Below, in pieces: positions 9,074-17,956 of a stretch of 64,000 bases of DNA. The position numbers and the translations under genes were made by a program. Within the stretch, counting starts at the first letter, position 1. Each line of letters starts with the position of its first letter. Source of the stretch: an uncultured bacterium (lineage in GTDB: Bacteria; Acidobacteriota; HRBIN11; JAKEFK01); NCBI GenBank assembly GCA_963777505.1, contig CAVZQN010000008.1, forward strand, positions 192,001 through 256,000, read 5' to 3'. The notes below the pieces were generated by a model that saw nothing but the letters and a program-made list of their open reading frames with translations, was not told the DNA's origin and searched no databases.

Positions 9074-9995
9074 TGGTGAACCTGGCACTATCGCGTCAGC
9101 TAATCCAAGATACGGATCATCAATCGGGATATGCAACAGTTCCTTGTAAATGACATTTCCGAAGGTTTCGATTTTTGGAAGTGAGGTGTAGTTTGAATAA
9201 AGCGCATGAACTGCAGGACGCATCAATTTCATGTTGTTTACAGAATCAGCTTCAACAATATCGCGGCCAACTTGCTGAGGATCTTTCGTTTTGATTTTCA
9301 GCAAGCATCTCTGTCAATTCTTGCACTGTAGCCGGATCTTTGCTGATATCGTGAAAGCCTTTTGAAGCCCGGCCTCCGCTTCCCGCTTCCGCGAGGCCGG
9401 GCCTCAGATTCAAAGCTTTTAATAGCGGACTCTCTACGAGTGCTTTTGAAAGAGTAATCCTTTGTTGTTCAACATGGACTTGTTCCGAAAACTGTGTACG
9501 ATGCCATGCAATTACTTCCTGATTATTTGTTGGTGGTTTCAAAGTTTTAACGAAATCCAGCGTTTTACGAATTTCATTCACGTAGTGCACGGGGTTATAA
9601 ACACCGGGATAAGCGTCATACACATCTCCATCCGGAGATAGGATGTAAGTAACGATGTTTCCGCCAAGAGTGCGTTGCAGAGTTCGACCATTGCCGAGTT
9701 CAATCGTTACTTTTGGAACGGAACCAACACTTTCCCACACAGGAATAACTTCAGATGAAAGAAGCCGAATGACTTCGGGATCAGAGAGCGTCACGGCCCT
9801 CAGGGTTCGCCCGTTGGTTCATGTAAATTCTTGATCCAGGCGTCCGAATAAATGCAGAAGTAGAATTGGTTTGCCTTCCTGTTTCGCTTTTTCTTGAGCG
9901 GCTTTCAGGGATGTTTCCCATGGAATAGCTGCAAAGCCGTTAATCGCGAAAAGGAGGAAACTCCCGACGAGAAAGGCGCGCTTTAAATGGTTCAT
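9038..9995 (-). CDS. putative exported thioredoxin-fold selenoprotein (SelN-like motif), UGA at codon 59, one frameshift near 9295-9298
   Basis: ATG 9995 gives a signal peptide then IPWETSL...GKPILLLHLFGRLDQEFT-UGA-TNGRTLRAVTLSDPEV, in frame with ORF 9252..9794. The C-terminus (EADS..N, DDPYLGL) is in ORF 9038..9304. Confidence 0.75.
9784..9801 (-). promoter_or_regulatory. candidate bacterial SECIS hairpin
   Basis: GAGGGC-CGUGAC-GCUCUC, 6-bp stem with one G-U pair. The loop starts 23 nt after the UGA and has G at loop position 2. Confidence 0.6.
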
Positions 9996-10032
9996 GCTAT
10001 ATAAAACGCGCCTGAGCTTAAAAGATAAGGAA

Positions 10033-10081
10033 TTTGTAGACCAAACCGCAGAGGCGCAGAGTGCGGAGGCAGCGTTACAAA
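10033..10081. repeat. REP-like element related to 4194..4253
   Basis: TTTGTAGACCAAACCGCAGAGGCGCAGAG...GCGTTACAAA. Confidence 0.6.
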
Positions 10082-10097
10082 CGCTTGGCTAAAAGAT

Positions 10098-11606
10098 TTA
10101 TTCGGGCATATCTGCAATATGTGATGCGATATACCAGGTATTGCCGAACGCATCTTTAACACTGGCTACCCTATCACCATAAGGCTGATCCTGGGGTGCT
10201 TGCATTGAGATTCCGCCTGCTTTAACCGCGCGATCATAGAGACTGTCAACATCTTCTACATACATGTAAATTGTCGCGGGGCTTTCATGCTCAAGGGATT
10301 CCATTCCACCGATCATCACCATGGATGAACCGATTCGAACTTCTGCATGCAGACCACCTGCTGAACCGGTCGTTCTGAAAGTTTCGGTTGCTCCAAAGGC
10401 TTCTTTTACAAACTCAAGAAGTTGTTCTGCTTTTTTCACACAAAGATACGGAGTGACAGTCTGGTAACCTTTCGGAATCGGGCTCACTTTCTTTTCAGGA
10501 GCTGCACCTTGAGTATCCGATATATGTGTTGCGATATACCAATGGTTCCCAAATGGATCTTTCACGCTTGCTTCACGATCACCATAAAACATATTTTCCG
10601 GCTTTCTCAGTGAAGTCGCACCTGCGTCAATTGCTTTTGAATAGAATGCGTCGGCATCAGGCACATACAAATGAATTGCAGCGGGCATAGGTTGAAATTC
10701 ACCATGAGCTTCACCCATTTCGATCACAGAATCCCCGATTCTTATTGAGGCGTGCATGATAATTCCTTCCGGTGAAGCGTGACGGCCGAGCTCTTCGGCA
10801 TCAAAAGCTGTTTTCAAAAAATCAAGGAGCTGCGCTGCGCCGCGTGGATGCAAGTAAGGAGTAATGCTGCGCATTCCTTGAGGAATGTAGTGAACAGTGG
10901 GTTTTGGTTCCAAAGATTGTGCATCAGGTCCTTTAACTATTTCGTCGAAGCGCTTTTGCATTTCATCCGGTGCAACGTCTTCAATGTGAGCAGAAATATG
11001 CCAGACATGGCCGAATGGATCCTGAATCTTTCCAGAGCGATCACCATAGAATTGATCTTGCACAGGCATCAATATACGTGCGCCTGCATTCACGGCACGT
11101 TCCGCAAAGGTATCCGCATCTTCCACATAAAGATGAATACTGACTGGAGACTGACCTGTTGTTTGAGGCCCAAGAATTCCATATTCAGGATACTCATCGG
11201 CAAGCATGATTGGAGCGTCGCCGATTTTAAGTTCAGCATGTCCGATCCTGCCATCAGGTTCTTGTAATCTAAAAAGTTCATTTGCACCGAGCGCCTCTTT
11301 GTAGAATTCGATCGCGCGTGCTGCATTTTTAACGACAAGGTAAGGAGTTACGGCAATTGTTTCAGGGATCATAGATTTTCCTCGTTTGATTTCAATTTGT
11401 CCCGGCTCAGACATTCTTTTTGCCTGATGAGCTAATCGCATCTTGAGTTGTGATCGAAAACTTTCGCTCGGCATATGACGAAGATCTGTTGCAAGTTGGA
11501 GTAATGGGCCCAAATCAGGATCTACTGATGCCGAAAAAGCATTTAGATCGGACAAAATTATCTCAAGCTCTTCATTGAGTTGATCGATTTGACTTCGTTT
11601 AGCCAT
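10098..11606 (-). CDS. triple VOC (PhnB/glyoxalase-like) domain protein with ~80-aa N-terminal helical extension
   Basis: Three TPYL...HA...YGDR..DxFGxxW units. ATG 11606 overlaps the sigma-factor stop (ATGGCTAA). Confidence 0.88.
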   Translation of the reverse strand: MAKRSQIDQLNEELEIILSDLNAFSASVDPDLGPLLQLATDLRHMPSESFRSQLKMRLAHQAKRMSEPGQIEIKRGKSMIPETIAVTPYLVVKNAARAIEFYKEALGANELFRLQEPDGRIGHAELKIGDAPIMLADEYPEYGILGPQTTGQSPVSIHLYVEDADTFAERAVNAGARILMPVQDQFYGDRSGKIQDPFGHVWHISAHIEDVAPDEMQKRFDEIVKGPDAQSLEPKPTVHYIPQGMRSITPYLHPRGAAQLLDFLKTAFDAEELGRHASPEGIIMHASIRIGDSVIEMGEAHGEFQPMPAAIHLYVPDADAFYSKAIDAGATSLRKPENMFYGDREASVKDPFGNHWYIATHISDTQGAAPEKKVSPIPKGYQTVTPYLCVKKAEQLLEFVKEAFGATETFRTTGSAGGLHAEVRIGSSMVMIGGMESLEHESPATIYMYVEDVDSLYDRAVKAGGISMQAPQDQPYGDRVASVKDAFGNTWYIASHIADMPE

Positions 11607-12135
11607 TTGCTTCACCCATACGAGCTCGTAAATTTTGCAATGCCCGGAACTGAAGTTGTTTTATTGCGCCTTCTGTACGTTTCATTTCTTCTGCGATTTC
11701 ACGAATTGATTTTTGCTCTCCAAAACGCAAAACAATTACGCGGCGCTGATCAACCGGAAGGCTGTTTACAGACTGAAACAGATGAGCATGGTTTGCGCCT
11801 TGATCAAAATCGATTTCATTGGACTCTTCAGGAGTTGGAATGTCACGAAATCTTGCTGCCCGCCTGGAATGATCCACAATTGCATTGGATGCAATTCGAA
11901 GCAGCCATGACACGAACGGCACGCCGCGCCATTCATACTGTTTCAGATTTGCAAGCGCCTGATGGAAAACATCTGCCGTGAGATCTTGAGCTTCAAACCG
12001 GTCGCGCACACGACTGGCTATAAAGGCATAGACACGGTTGAAATTGTTCTCATAAAGTTCCGCAAATTGGCTCGGATCCTTTTGCGCAGCCTCAATGAGA
12101 ACTCGTTCGTCTGCTTGCATTTCAGGAGCCTTCAA
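11599..12135 (-). CDS. ECF RNA polymerase sigma factor
   Basis: Region 2 (AQDLTADVF, FVSWLLRIASN) and region 4 (LPVDQRRVIVLR, SIREIAEEM, IKQLQFRA). GGAGG RBS before the TTG start. Confidence 0.93.
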   Translation of the reverse strand: MKAPEMQADERVLIEAAQKDPSQFAELYENNFNRVYAFIASRVRDRFEAQDLTADVFHQALANLKQYEWRGVPFVSWLLRIASNAIVDHSRRAARFRDIPTPEESNEIDFDQGANHAHLFQSVNSLPVDQRRVIVLRFGEQKSIREIAEEMKRTEGAIKQLQFRALQNLRARMGEANG

Positions 12136-12167
12136 TCAGGGCCTCCGACGTAAGTGTTCAAATAAGA

Positions 12168-12193
12168 AAACGTGCGGAATGATGAAAGGTTAC
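12168..12193 (-). promoter_or_regulatory. ECF-type promoter, probably autoregulatory
   Basis: GTAACC-N15-CGTTT upstream of the ECF gene, matching the generic AAC/CGT ECF consensus. Confidence 0.55.
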
Positions 12194-12225
12194 GCCTTTA
12201 AAAAAAGGATTATTGGATTGATGGA

Positions 12226-12525
12226 TTATTGGGTTCGCGGAAGTCCGTCTACGACAATCATGTTTGTCTTTGCGCTTTTATGACGCAATAGCCGGGCTGG
12301 AGCATATTCAGAACAATTGAGCCATTCTTTAGCACGGGCGACACTTTCGAATTCTACGATAACAACCCGTTTTGGAATCCAATCTCCTTCCAAAACTTCA
12401 GCCGTGCCACCGCGCGTAAGATACCTGCCTCCATATTGAGCTATGGAATCAGGCACAAGCTTCTTGTACTCTTCGTAAGCTTCATGATCCTTTATGTCGA
12501 CTTCTACAATTATGTAAGCTGGCAT
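12226..12525 (-). CDS. DUF1330 domain protein
   Basis: YGGRYLTRGG, LEGDW, VIVEFES and EY..AR..R motifs. Confidence 0.9.
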   Translation of the reverse strand: MPAYIIVEVDIKDHEAYEEYKKLVPDSIAQYGGRYLTRGGTAEVLEGDWIPKRVVIVEFESVARAKEWLNCSEYAPARLLRHKSAKTNMIVVDGLPRTQ

Positions 12526-12534
12526 TGTTTTATT

Positions 12535-13476
12535 TTACCTCAGAGTCGCAAAGTTCCAAATTTCCGAAAGAGGGGCTACGACAGAAAGCTGTTTTCCTGT
12601 GAAAGGATGTAAAAATGAAATGGAATATGCGTGAAGGCCGAAGAAATTGGCGTTTTTGAGGTTTGCTCGCAGTGCAGTGTCATGAATTCGGGTCCAATTT
12701 CCACCGCCATATTTTGTATCCCCTACGATTGGATGATTTTCTGAAAAAAGATGAACGCGAATTTGATGTGTACGTCCGGTTAAAATTTGAACATCAAGGA
12801 GCGCTCCAAAATCATATTGTTTTAAAACGCTATACGTTGTCAGAGCCGTTCTCGATCGCCTGGCGCGAACCGAAATTTTTTGCCGGTTCTGCGGATCGCG
12901 TCCTAGAGCGCGATCAATTTTTCCCTCTTTTCGTTCAAAGCGGCCATAGGCTAATGCCCTGTAATGCTTTTCAACAGTCCGTTCTTTAAACAATGCGGAT
13001 AGCTTGTGATATGCCGATACTGTTTTTGCAAAAAGGATCACACCTGATGTTTCTTTATCCAACCGGTGTACGACTCCTGGTCTGACAGGATGACCAATGC
13101 CTGCAATTTCAGGGCGTAATGCAATCATCGCATTTGCCAGAGTTTGTTCGCGATTTCCTGCACCAGGATGCGTGACCACGTTTGGCGGCTTATTCACGGC
13201 AATCAGATACTCATCTTCATACAAAATCTCCAGTGGAAACGACCATGGGCGTAATTCATTACGTTCAGCAGGCACATCAGCAATCTCGATTTCTATCGCA
13301 TCGAAAGCGCGGACATGGTAAGAGGGACGTGAAGATTTTCCGTTGACCTTCACTGTACCTGATTGAATCATTTTCTGAATTGAAACACGGCTATCGAGCG
13401 AAAGTTTCCGAACGAGATACAGATCGAGACGCTCACCGGCATCTTCGGAAGAAACGTTAAGCAAACGAGAGGTCAT
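12535..13476 (-). CDS. rluD: RluA family 23S rRNA pseudouridine synthase with S4 domain
   Basis: RLDLYL S4 domain, NKPP, VHRLDKETSG, TGRTHQIRVH. Confidence 0.9.
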   Translation of the reverse strand: MTSRLLNVSSEDAGERLDLYLVRKLSLDSRVSIQKMIQSGTVKVNGKSSRPSYHVRAFDAIEIEIADVPAERNELRPWSFPLEILYEDEYLIAVNKPPNVVTHPGAGNREQTLANAMIALRPEIAGIGHPVRPGVVHRLDKETSGVILFAKTVSAYHKLSALFKERTVEKHYRALAYGRFERKEGKIDRALGRDPQNRQKISVRARRSRTALTTYSVLKQYDFGALLDVQILTGRTHQIRVHLFSENHPIVGDTKYGGGNWTRIHDTALRANLKNANFFGLHAYSISFLHPFTGKQLSVVAPLSEIWNFATLR

Positions 13477-14272
13477 TTTGCCGAAGCAGCTTCTGCTGTG
13501 TGAGATCTACTTCGTATGAACAACACAATCAGTGAAGCGGCGAACACGATCAAACTGATGAACTGAGAAGTTGAAAGCATGCCGTTGAATACTGTTCCGC
13601 GCGGATCACCACGGAAGAACTCAACAGAAAAACGCAGGATGGAATAAAGAAGCAAGTATAAAAAGAATTGTTGACCTTCAAAACGGCGCCTGGAATATGT
13701 CAACCTGAGAATCAAAAAGATCACCAGCATTCCTGTGCCTCATATAGTTGAGTTGCATGTAGGGAAATATTAAGCGGAGTGCCTACCTGTTCCGCTGCAT
13801 CACGATTTGTAAATGTAACTCCTAGCGGAAAACCAGTTGGACATTCCTTACCCCAGCAGCATCCTGCGAAAAAGCATCCGATCCTTCCGAACATCTGACC
13901 AATTGAGAGTCCCATTGAAAGAGCATCGGCTGTACCCCAAAAACTCATATGATGTCTTCGGACGTACCAGATAGTCACAAGCACTGCCATGAGAAAGCCG
14001 CCATAATACACACCGCCCACTTGATAAATATTGAGCAAGCGGCCCCAATCCTGTTTGTAATAATCCAGGTCAACGAGTATGTGAAGAAGTTTTGCACCAA
14101 TGAGAGCTGAAATAAAAATGTAGATTACAACATCCACAATTCGAGAAGGCTCGAGGCCGTCTTTCTTTCCGTAGTAGGATGCGACTCGCAAGCCAACCAG
14201 AAATGCAATTGCGAGCATCAAGCCATAGGAATGTAATGTTATGGGTCCGATATCAAGTATGTTTGGAAACAT
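13473..14272 (-). CDS. lgt: prolipoprotein diacylglyceryl transferase, split by a 1-nt deletion near 13735 (probably an assembly error)
   Basis: YGLM, YYGGF, GRIGCFFAGCCWG and HATQLYE in the first ORF, RFSVEFFRGD and STSQFIS in the second. Confidence 0.9.
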
Positions 14273-14282
14273 TTAAGAAGCG

Positions 14283-15158
14283 CTAAGAGAAGACGATTTT
14301 CGGTTGGAGACGTTGTGTTTCACCAGTTATTTCAACATGAGCCAGAGCCAGCAATGATTTTTGTTCGCTGAAAACTCGCACCCACTCATTGTCGAAACTC
14401 TGCGGAACGCTGATGGCTGATCCGCTACTGATCTTTTTTTCAAGTTCGTGATTAATAATCACTTCTGGATAATCTGTAAGCATCCGCTCAATTGGAATAA
14501 AGGATGCTTGAATTTTATCCGTGCCCAAATCAGGCGCAATACATTGTTCCATTGTAAAGTTGCCGAAACGAGTCCGTGTTAATTCCTGAACATGAGCACC
14601 ACACCGGAGGCGCATTCCAAGATCTCGCGCTATTGCCCGCACGTACGTTCCGCTTGAACAATGAATATAAATTGTAGCCAGATCTTTTTCAAAATGGATC
14701 AAAGTAATTTCATGAATCGTTACTTTTTGTGTCGGTAAATTCGGTTTAAGACCACGGCGAGCAAGTTTATGCGCGGGTTTACCTTTAATCTTTTTTGCAG
14801 AATAAATCGGTGGCTTTTGTTCGTATTCACCCTGAAACGAAGACAACACACGTTTTAGTTGGTCCGCTGAAAAATCTACTTTACGATATGGACCTTCCTG
14901 TTCACCTTCGCGATCATCGGTAACAGTAAAAAATCCAAAACGGATAGCAGTGATGTAACACTTATCTGCACGCATGTAAAACGGAGTTAATCGCGTGGCT
15001 TTCCCCATACAGACTGGAAATACTCCAGTTGCCATAGGATCGAGCGTGCCAAGATGTCCAGCTTTTGTTGCTTTTACGCGATTCTTCACAGCTTGAACGA
15101 CAGTATGGGAAGTTTCGCCTTCAGGCTTGTTAATTAGAATCAGACCATCCCAGTTCAT
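14283..15158 (-). CDS. truB: tRNA pseudouridine(55) synthase
   Basis: GHLGTLDPMATGV, PPIYSAKK, CSSGTYVR, LTRTR. Confidence 0.95.
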   Translation of the reverse strand: MNWDGLILINKPEGETSHTVVQAVKNRVKATKAGHLGTLDPMATGVFPVCMGKATRLTPFYMRADKCYITAIRFGFFTVTDDREGEQEGPYRKVDFSADQLKRVLSSFQGEYEQKPPIYSAKKIKGKPAHKLARRGLKPNLPTQKVTIHEITLIHFEKDLATIYIHCSSGTYVRAIARDLGMRLRCGAHVQELTRTRFGNFTMEQCIAPDLGTDKIQASFIPIERMLTDYPEVIINHELEKKISSGSAISVPQSFDNEWVRVFSEQKSLLALAHVEITGETQRLQPKIVFS

Positions 15159-15508
15159 TCTTCGGAATCTTCCCGCTTAACCGATTTGAGAATTTCTTCT
15201 ATGTGTTGGGAGTATTCTGCTCCAGAATCATAAAAGAAGACTAATTCTGGCACATGTTTCAGATGGACTCGGCCGAGTTCATGTCTGATAAATCCTGATG
15301 CTGAATTCAGAGCTTTTATACAATCCTCACGCTGGTGCGGATCACCAATTACACTAATATAGACCTTAGCGTGCCTATAGTCTCTGCTTAATACTACATC
15401 AGTCACGCTGCACAAAGACAATCGAGGATCCTGCATCTTATTAAAAAGAATTGTGGATATTTCGTGTTTCAGTAAATCAGCGAGGCGTTCAACTCTTCTA
15501 TTCACCAT
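15155..15508 (-). CDS. rbfA: ribosome-binding factor A
   Basis: RRVER, DPRL, AKVYIS, VPELVFFYD. Lies directly after infB. Confidence 0.95.
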   Translation of the reverse strand: MVNRRVERLADLLKHEISTILFNKMQDPRLSLCSVTDVVLSRDYRHAKVYISVIGDPHQREDCIKALNSASGFIRHELGRVHLKHVPELVFFYDSGAEYSQHIEEILKSVKREDSEE

Positions 15509-15533
15509 AAAAACACTGCTTGTCAGCGAAGAG

Positions 15534-17933
15534 CTATGTCAGTTGGCGGGCTACTTTTTCAACTGTGAAAGCTTCGATAACATCTTCAGCTTTAATATCG
15601 TTGAAATTTTCGATTCCCACGCCGCACTCAAAACCTTCTTTTACTTCACTCGCATCGTCCTTAAATCGTTTCAATGAGCTGATTTTGCCTTCGAGTATTA
15701 CAACATGATCACGAACGAGACGGATGCTTGCATTACGTGCTATTTTTCCAGAAGTTACATAACATCCTGCGATCATTCCAACTTTAGGAATGCGAAATGT
15801 ATCGCGAACCTGGGCGCTTCCAAGAAATACTTCTTTGATAGTAGGCCGTAACAAACCTTCAAGTGCACTTTTTATTTCCGCTGTAATGTTATAAATGATT
15901 GTATGCGTACGGACATCAACTTTTTCTTTTTCCGAAAGTTCGCGAGCTTTAGGTTCAGGCCGAACGTTGTATCCAATAACGATGGCATTCGATGCTGAAG
16001 CAAGAAGAACGTCACTTTCAGTAATTGCACCAGTGCCACTGTGAATGATGCGGATCTTGACTTCTTCAGTTCCAATTTTAGTGAGGGATTCGCTTAATAC
16101 TTCCAATGATCCTTGAACATCTGTTTTAATAATGATCGGAAGTTCGCGGATTTCACCTTGTTGAATCTTACTAAATAGCTGTTCAAGTGAAAGACGCGAA
16201 GAGGATTGCGTCGCCATTTCTCTGGCTTTCGTTTGCCGGAAAGCTACAATACTTCGGGCTTTGAATTCGTCTTTAAATACCTGATACGAATCACCGGCTT
16301 GAGGAACACCCTGGAAACCAAGTACTTCCACGGGTTGCCCGGGCAGAGCATCTTTTAGTTTGTTGCCAAGATCATCAAACATCGCTCGAACTCGTCCCAT
16401 GACTGAACCTGCAACAAACACATCGCTGACGTGAAGTGTGCCATTTTGCACAAGTACAGTTGCAATCGGTCCACGAGATTTATCAAGTCGCGCTTCAAGA
16501 ATTGTTCCGGTAGCAAGACGTTCTGGTGTTGCTTTCAGCTCTAAAATGTCAGCAACAAGAAGAATCATGTCCAGCAAAGTATTAATATTCGTTTTCTTAC
16601 GTGCCGAAATTTCAACACAGACCGTATCTCCGCCATATTCTTCAATCAAAATTTCATGCTGGGAAAGTTGCTGCTTAATGCGGTCAGGATTTGCCTCAGG
16701 TTTGTCCATTTTATTGATGGCGACAACAATGGGAACCTTCGCTGCCTTTGCGTGATCAATGGCTTCCATAGTCTGAGGCATCACACCATCATCTGCAGCG
16801 ACAACAAGTACAACAATGTCTGTTACCAGTGCGCCGCGGGCACGCATCCGTGTAAATGCTTCATGACCCGGCGTATCGATAAACGTGATTGCTCTTCGAT
16901 TAACTCTTACTGAATACGCGCCAATGTGTTGTGTAATTCCACCGAATTCTCCGCCTGCAATATTCGATTCGCGAATTGCATCTAGAAGTGACGTTTTTCC
17001 GTGATCTACGTGACCCATAATCGTGACAACAGGCGGGCGAATGACCAAGTTAGACTCTAGTTCTTCACCCTCTTGTTCACGGGCTACAACTTCTTCATAC
17101 GTTTTTACTTCAATATCAAAACCAAACTCACCAGCAAGCTGTTCGGCTAACTTTAGACCGATACTTTGATTCAGGTTCGCCAAAATTCCACGGTCTAATA
17201 ATTTCTTAAGCAAAACCTTCGACATTACATTCAGTTTTATTGCAAGATCTTTTACCGCAATATTTTCGCTAACCTGAATGCGCGGACGTGCCGGAGCTTC
17301 CGGTACAGCAACTGCCACAGGAGGCGCTTCAGCAATCTCAGCTTCAGGTGCTGTCATACGATCAAGCTCTTCCTCACTAATAGAAGGTTCCGCAATGACT
17401 GGAGCTTCAGTTTCTTGCCGGTCGGGCTCCGCTACTGCCACTGCAGTATCAGCATGCACCTTCGGCCGCTGAGGCTGAGTAACAGTTTTTCTCTTCGCCT
17501 TAGGATCTTCTTTCTCTTTTGCGGCTTCTTTCAGTTTGGGTTCCGTTTTCGCTTTATGCTCCACCACTTTCGGCTTGTGATCGGTTTTATGTTCTGTTTT
17601 GGGCTCTGGTTTGGGTTCCGTCTTGTGTTCTGGTTTGTGAGCCGTTTTATGTTCTGGCTTGTGATCGGTTTTGTGTTCTACCTTGTGCGGAGTCTTATGC
17701 TCCGTCTTATGTGCTGTCTCCGTTTTGGGTGTTGTCTTATGTTCTGTTTTTGATTCAGGAGGATGAGCACTTTTCTTGTGGGCCGAAAGACGTTGCTTGA
17801 TTTTTGGAACAAGAGATTCATCAATAGAACTCGTATGCGACTTTACTTCGACACCAAGTTCCACAAGAACTTCCAGGATTTCGTGACTGGTCTTGTCCAA
17901 ATCTTTAGCTACTTGATGGATTCGTACCTTCAT
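15534..17933 (-). CDS. infB: translation initiation factor IF-2
   Basis: GHVDHGKTSLL, GGITQHIG, DTPGHEAF, NKMD, SSLKRFKDD. Confidence 0.98.
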   Translation of the reverse strand: MKVRIHQVAKDLDKTSHEILEVLVELGVEVKSHTSSIDESLVPKIKQRLSAHKKSAHPPESKTEHKTTPKTETAHKTEHKTPHKVEHKTDHKPEHKTAHKPEHKTEPKPEPKTEHKTDHKPKVVEHKAKTEPKLKEAAKEKEDPKAKRKTVTQPQRPKVHADTAVAVAEPDRQETEAPVIAEPSISEEELDRMTAPEAEIAEAPPVAVAVPEAPARPRIQVSENIAVKDLAIKLNVMSKVLLKKLLDRGILANLNQSIGLKLAEQLAGEFGFDIEVKTYEEVVAREQEGEELESNLVIRPPVVTIMGHVDHGKTSLLDAIRESNIAGGEFGGITQHIGAYSVRVNRRAITFIDTPGHEAFTRMRARGALVTDIVVLVVAADDGVMPQTMEAIDHAKAAKVPIVVAINKMDKPEANPDRIKQQLSQHEILIEEYGGDTVCVEISARKKTNINTLLDMILLVADILELKATPERLATGTILEARLDKSRGPIATVLVQNGTLHVSDVFVAGSVMGRVRAMFDDLGNKLKDALPGQPVEVLGFQGVPQAGDSYQVFKDEFKARSIVAFRQTKAREMATQSSSRLSLEQLFSKIQQGEIRELPIIIKTDVQGSLEVLSESLTKIGTEEVKIRIIHSGTGAITESDVLLASASNAIVIGYNVRPEPKARELSEKEKVDVRTHTIIYNITAEIKSALEGLLRPTIKEVFLGSAQVRDTFRIPKVGMIAGCYVTSGKIARNASIRLVRDHVVILEGKISSLKRFKDDASEVKEGFECGVGIENFNDIKAEDVIEAFTVEKVARQLT
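17555..17752 (-). repeat. imperfect 12-nt tandem repeat in infB encoding (E/D/A/P)HK(T/P/V) tetrapeptides
   Basis: EHKT-TPKT-ETAHKT-EHKT-PHKV-EHKT-DHKP-EHKT-AHKP-EHKT-EPKP-EPKT-EHKT-DHKP. Confidence 0.75.
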
Positions 17934-17956
17934 TTATTAACTTCCAATAAGTTCAG

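Noticed and set aside
12207-12233. GGATTATT/GGATTGAT 8-mer repeated three times as CRISPR or operator
   Set aside because: Too short, with no spacers or cas genes. A simple tandem repeat at a gene end.
13721-13723. lgt as two genes or a UGA read-through
   Set aside because: The downstream Lgt half is in another frame and one added base near 13735 restores the gene.
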